Shown here one piece after another: positions 61,425 through 64,000 of a stretch of 64,000 bases of DNA (its first letter is position 1; every line of letters begins with the position of its first letter). The stretch is from Phoronis australis. Lineage: Eukaryota > Animalia > Phoronida. Both the position numbers and the translations under genes were made by a program. Under the pieces are notes generated by a model. That model saw nothing but the letters and a program-made list of their open reading frames with translations, searched no databases and was not told the DNA's origin. The DNA lies in contig NMRA01001044.1 in assembly GCA_002633005.1 (NCBI GenBank), forward strand, positions 1-64,000, read 5' to 3'.

Positions 61425-62029
61425 CTGCAATTTCCAATAAGCAAATCAATTCAAGTGGCATTACTATGTAACTACTATAAAATATCTATTGTGGTAAAGT
61501 TTCTTCCAATAATAACACTATATGGCAGAACATCTGGTAAAAAATCTTATCAAAATTTTCAACAAATATAAACAAGAAAACAATTTCATTTCATTATTTG
61601 AAAACTTAACCTAGTGCAGTAGTCATCAACAAATACAAAATTTTGAAAACTTTTAGGAATACAATGAGTGCTGGAAAAATGAAAAATGACATTTTCAGAC
61701 ATTACTTTTGTTTGAATTTCAGGAAACTTTACTGTACTCCTTTCAACACATATTACATGTCATATGCTAAATATTTTTGATTTTGTTGAAAAAAGAATAA
61801 TTATGTTCAGGATTCAAATCAAAAATGCTCCCAGCAAAAGTACGCCAAAATGTTACCAGTTTGGGACATAACAATGCGTACAAGTAAAATGCATTGTGTA
61901 TAAAAGACAAGAAACACCAAATTGCTTTTATCATTTTAAACTACAATACCATAGCTACCATATGATGTTTTAAAAAACTGTGGGCATTCTCAACATTAGA
62001 AGCTAAATGAAAGGTTAATTTTGGCAGCA

Positions 62030-62770
62030 ATTAGATGTCTACATGCCAAATTTTATGAAAATTTGTTGAGTACCTTTGAAGACACAGAGGTAATGTAAAA
62101 AAATAAAATTGCTACCAGGGGGCACACCGGTAGTCAGATCTGTCTGAACGTCATCGTTGCTCATTGCTCATTGTCAACATCATACATTGTCAAATACACT
62201 TTTTAAATTTAGTAAAGATCCTGCAAATGGTTTAGGAGATAGAGCCATGGGCGGAAAAAAAACTGCCACTAGGAGACACCACAGTGGTCGAAGTCATCCG
62301 AAAATCATTGTTAGCCATCCTCGTGATAGCAAGAACATACATGCCAATTTTCACAATCATCCTTAGAGCGGTTTGGTTGATAGAGGGGTGGACGCCAAAA
62401 AAACAAAAAAGTAAAAATGGCCACTAAGTGGCGCAAACTACTCCAAATCCACCCAAAAAGGGGAGGATAGCGTCATCTAACAAATACATGCCTATATGTC
62501 AATTTTTATGAAAACACGTTAAGAACTTTTGAAGATAAAGCGGTAAACGTAAAAAAATAAAATTGCCACTAGGGGGCACACTGGTAGTCGGATCCATCAG
62601 AAATTTTGCTCATGGCGTCCTATTCACGAAAGGAACATATACGCAAAATTTCATGACAATATGTCAAAGGGTTTTGGATATAGAGCAATGGATGCCGGAC
62701 AGACGCTGGACGGACTGACAGACTGGACGACGGCATAATAACCACATATAAACATGTGGGCGCATAAAAA
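62030..62770 (-). mobile_element. HINE-family copy in a NIT2 intron
   Basis: Repeat units, (GGAC/AGAC)n microsatellite at ~62697-62730 and terminus CCACATATAAACATGTGGGCGCATAAAAA. Confidence 0.78.
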
Positions 62771-62797
62771 GAGCAAGATACGTCTATTGCCACAAGT

Positions 62798-62898
62798 CGT
62801 GGGTAGAGAGGGTTGTGGGTCATGGAGGTTGTGGGTCGAGAGGGTTGTAGGTCAAGGGGGTTGTGGGGTTTGTGGGTCGTAGGGTTTTAGAACAACCC
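62798..62898. repeat. G-rich GGGTTGTGGGTC-type short tandem repeat
   Basis: Six or more degenerate GGTTGTGGGTC units ending TTTTAGAACAACCC; probably a TE subterminal repeat. Confidence 0.7.
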
Positions 62899-63281
62899 AA
62901 TGCCATGCAAAACCTAGTTCCTCACAAGTTTCATAGAGTGGTAAAAGGAAAAAATTCACCGTCTTAACGCACGACCAAAAACCAGTAAGACAAGTATTGT
63001 AATTCACTTATTTAGCACACAGTTTGGCCGACAAGAGAAATTCTGTTTTGTCAAATTTCTCCATAAAAGTAGATTAAGAAAATTTTAGTTTATTACTGAC
63101 ATGGTTTGCATGATGTAGATGTCATGAAACAACATTTCTTAAGGTTGTCTTTGTTCCCAGAAAGGTTATCAGCCTTTAAAAAAGTAGAAAATGATAATTT
63201 CAGCAATTATTAAATTTGTACAAAATAAGTGGGGAATTTCCGTAACAAAGCATGCCGATGAAGAACAAAAGGATCACCTAC

Positions 63282-63402
63282 CACCAATAATGAAAACTTT
63301 ATTTTCTTTGGCTGCAGAAGACAAAGCCTCAAAAGATGGGCCATGAAATGTTTCGGCATAATTCACAAAATGCTCAGGCCCGAAGGGACACATGAACCAT
63401 TC
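63282..63402 (-). CDS. NIT2: NIT2-like exon beginning with the catalytic Glu
   Basis: ttttgtag|EWFMCPFGPEHFVNYAETFHGPSFEALSSAAKENKVFIIG(G)|gtaggt, cf. [41 protein letters not shown]. Confidence 0.85.
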
Positions 63403-64000
63403 CTACAAAAATTGGTCCAGAAAAATTAACGCCATGATTGTGTGAACAAGCAGACTACTTTTACAAAGCACAAAGTTGTTATTTTGATGCCACGGAATAT
63501 TCCAACCAAACTTGGACGGAGATGTTTCACGCAAGATTTGAAAAACTTAAATATGACCAAATCGTCATAGTTTTCTTTTTGAGTACAGAGTTTATTTTCC
63601 CCAGGCTGCCAACAAANCCACCGTGACCCATGAATTTATATTTCAACTGCCGTTACCCCCTCCCATAGTTTACAAAAACAGCCCTCTGTAGTGGGCTTTT
63701 TTACTCAAACAAAAAAAAACGGTTGGACCAAGACTTTTACATCAAAATTTACGAAAACAGCCAAGTAGATTACCAAACAAATATTAGAGATATTAGTTGA
63801 ATGCTGAGTGCACTATGTGTTTGGTAATCTTGAGTCAAATTGATGTTTTAAAGTTTATCACATGATCTTAACTAGCTTTAATATTCTGCAAAATGAGTCA
63901 TCAGAGCAGCAGTTACAAACAAGAAATATGGTGTGTGGTTTATATTTTGGCAACAGGGGTCACTGCTGTTCCATTTTAAAATGCACATTGAAAAGAATGA

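Noticed and set aside
47667-63402. NIT2-PARN fusion gene
   Set aside because: Exon phases are incompatible (1 versus 0) and two assembly joins lie between the genes.

Overview
Eukaryotic (invertebrate metazoan-like), AT-rich, intron-rich and transposon-dense DNA. The species cannot be determined from this window. It holds spliced fragments of four conserved genes, mostly invisible in the ORF track: (1) a divergent, frameshifted EB1/MAPRE microtubule end-binding gene (minus strand, 4 coding exons, 14061->2674); (2) the last exon of TM7SF3 (plus strand), followed by a 17-copy 56-bp hairpin-rich tandem array; (3) middle exons of the deadenylase PARN (minus strand, two exons present twice); (4) four exons of an omega-amidase NIT2-like gene (minus strand, catalytic E/K/C present). 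Mobile elements include an internally deleted Kolobok element (TTAA TSD, THAP transposase plus a KolX/P2X7-ballast-like ORF) nested in a pogo-like TA element, a decayed RLE-type (HERO-like) non-LTR retrotransposon, an ISL2EU-like element, a P-family THAP element with a 7-bp TSD, many Helentron-associated HINE/DINE-1-like copies with ~450-bp internal repeats, and hAT and other MITEs. Ten single-N joins, many flanked by duplicated sequence, suggest the scaffold is partly haplotype-duplicated and possibly chimeric. No CRISPR array, rRNA or tRNA was seen, and I found no convincing novel multi-gene system. All family assignments come from motif recognition by eye, not database searches.
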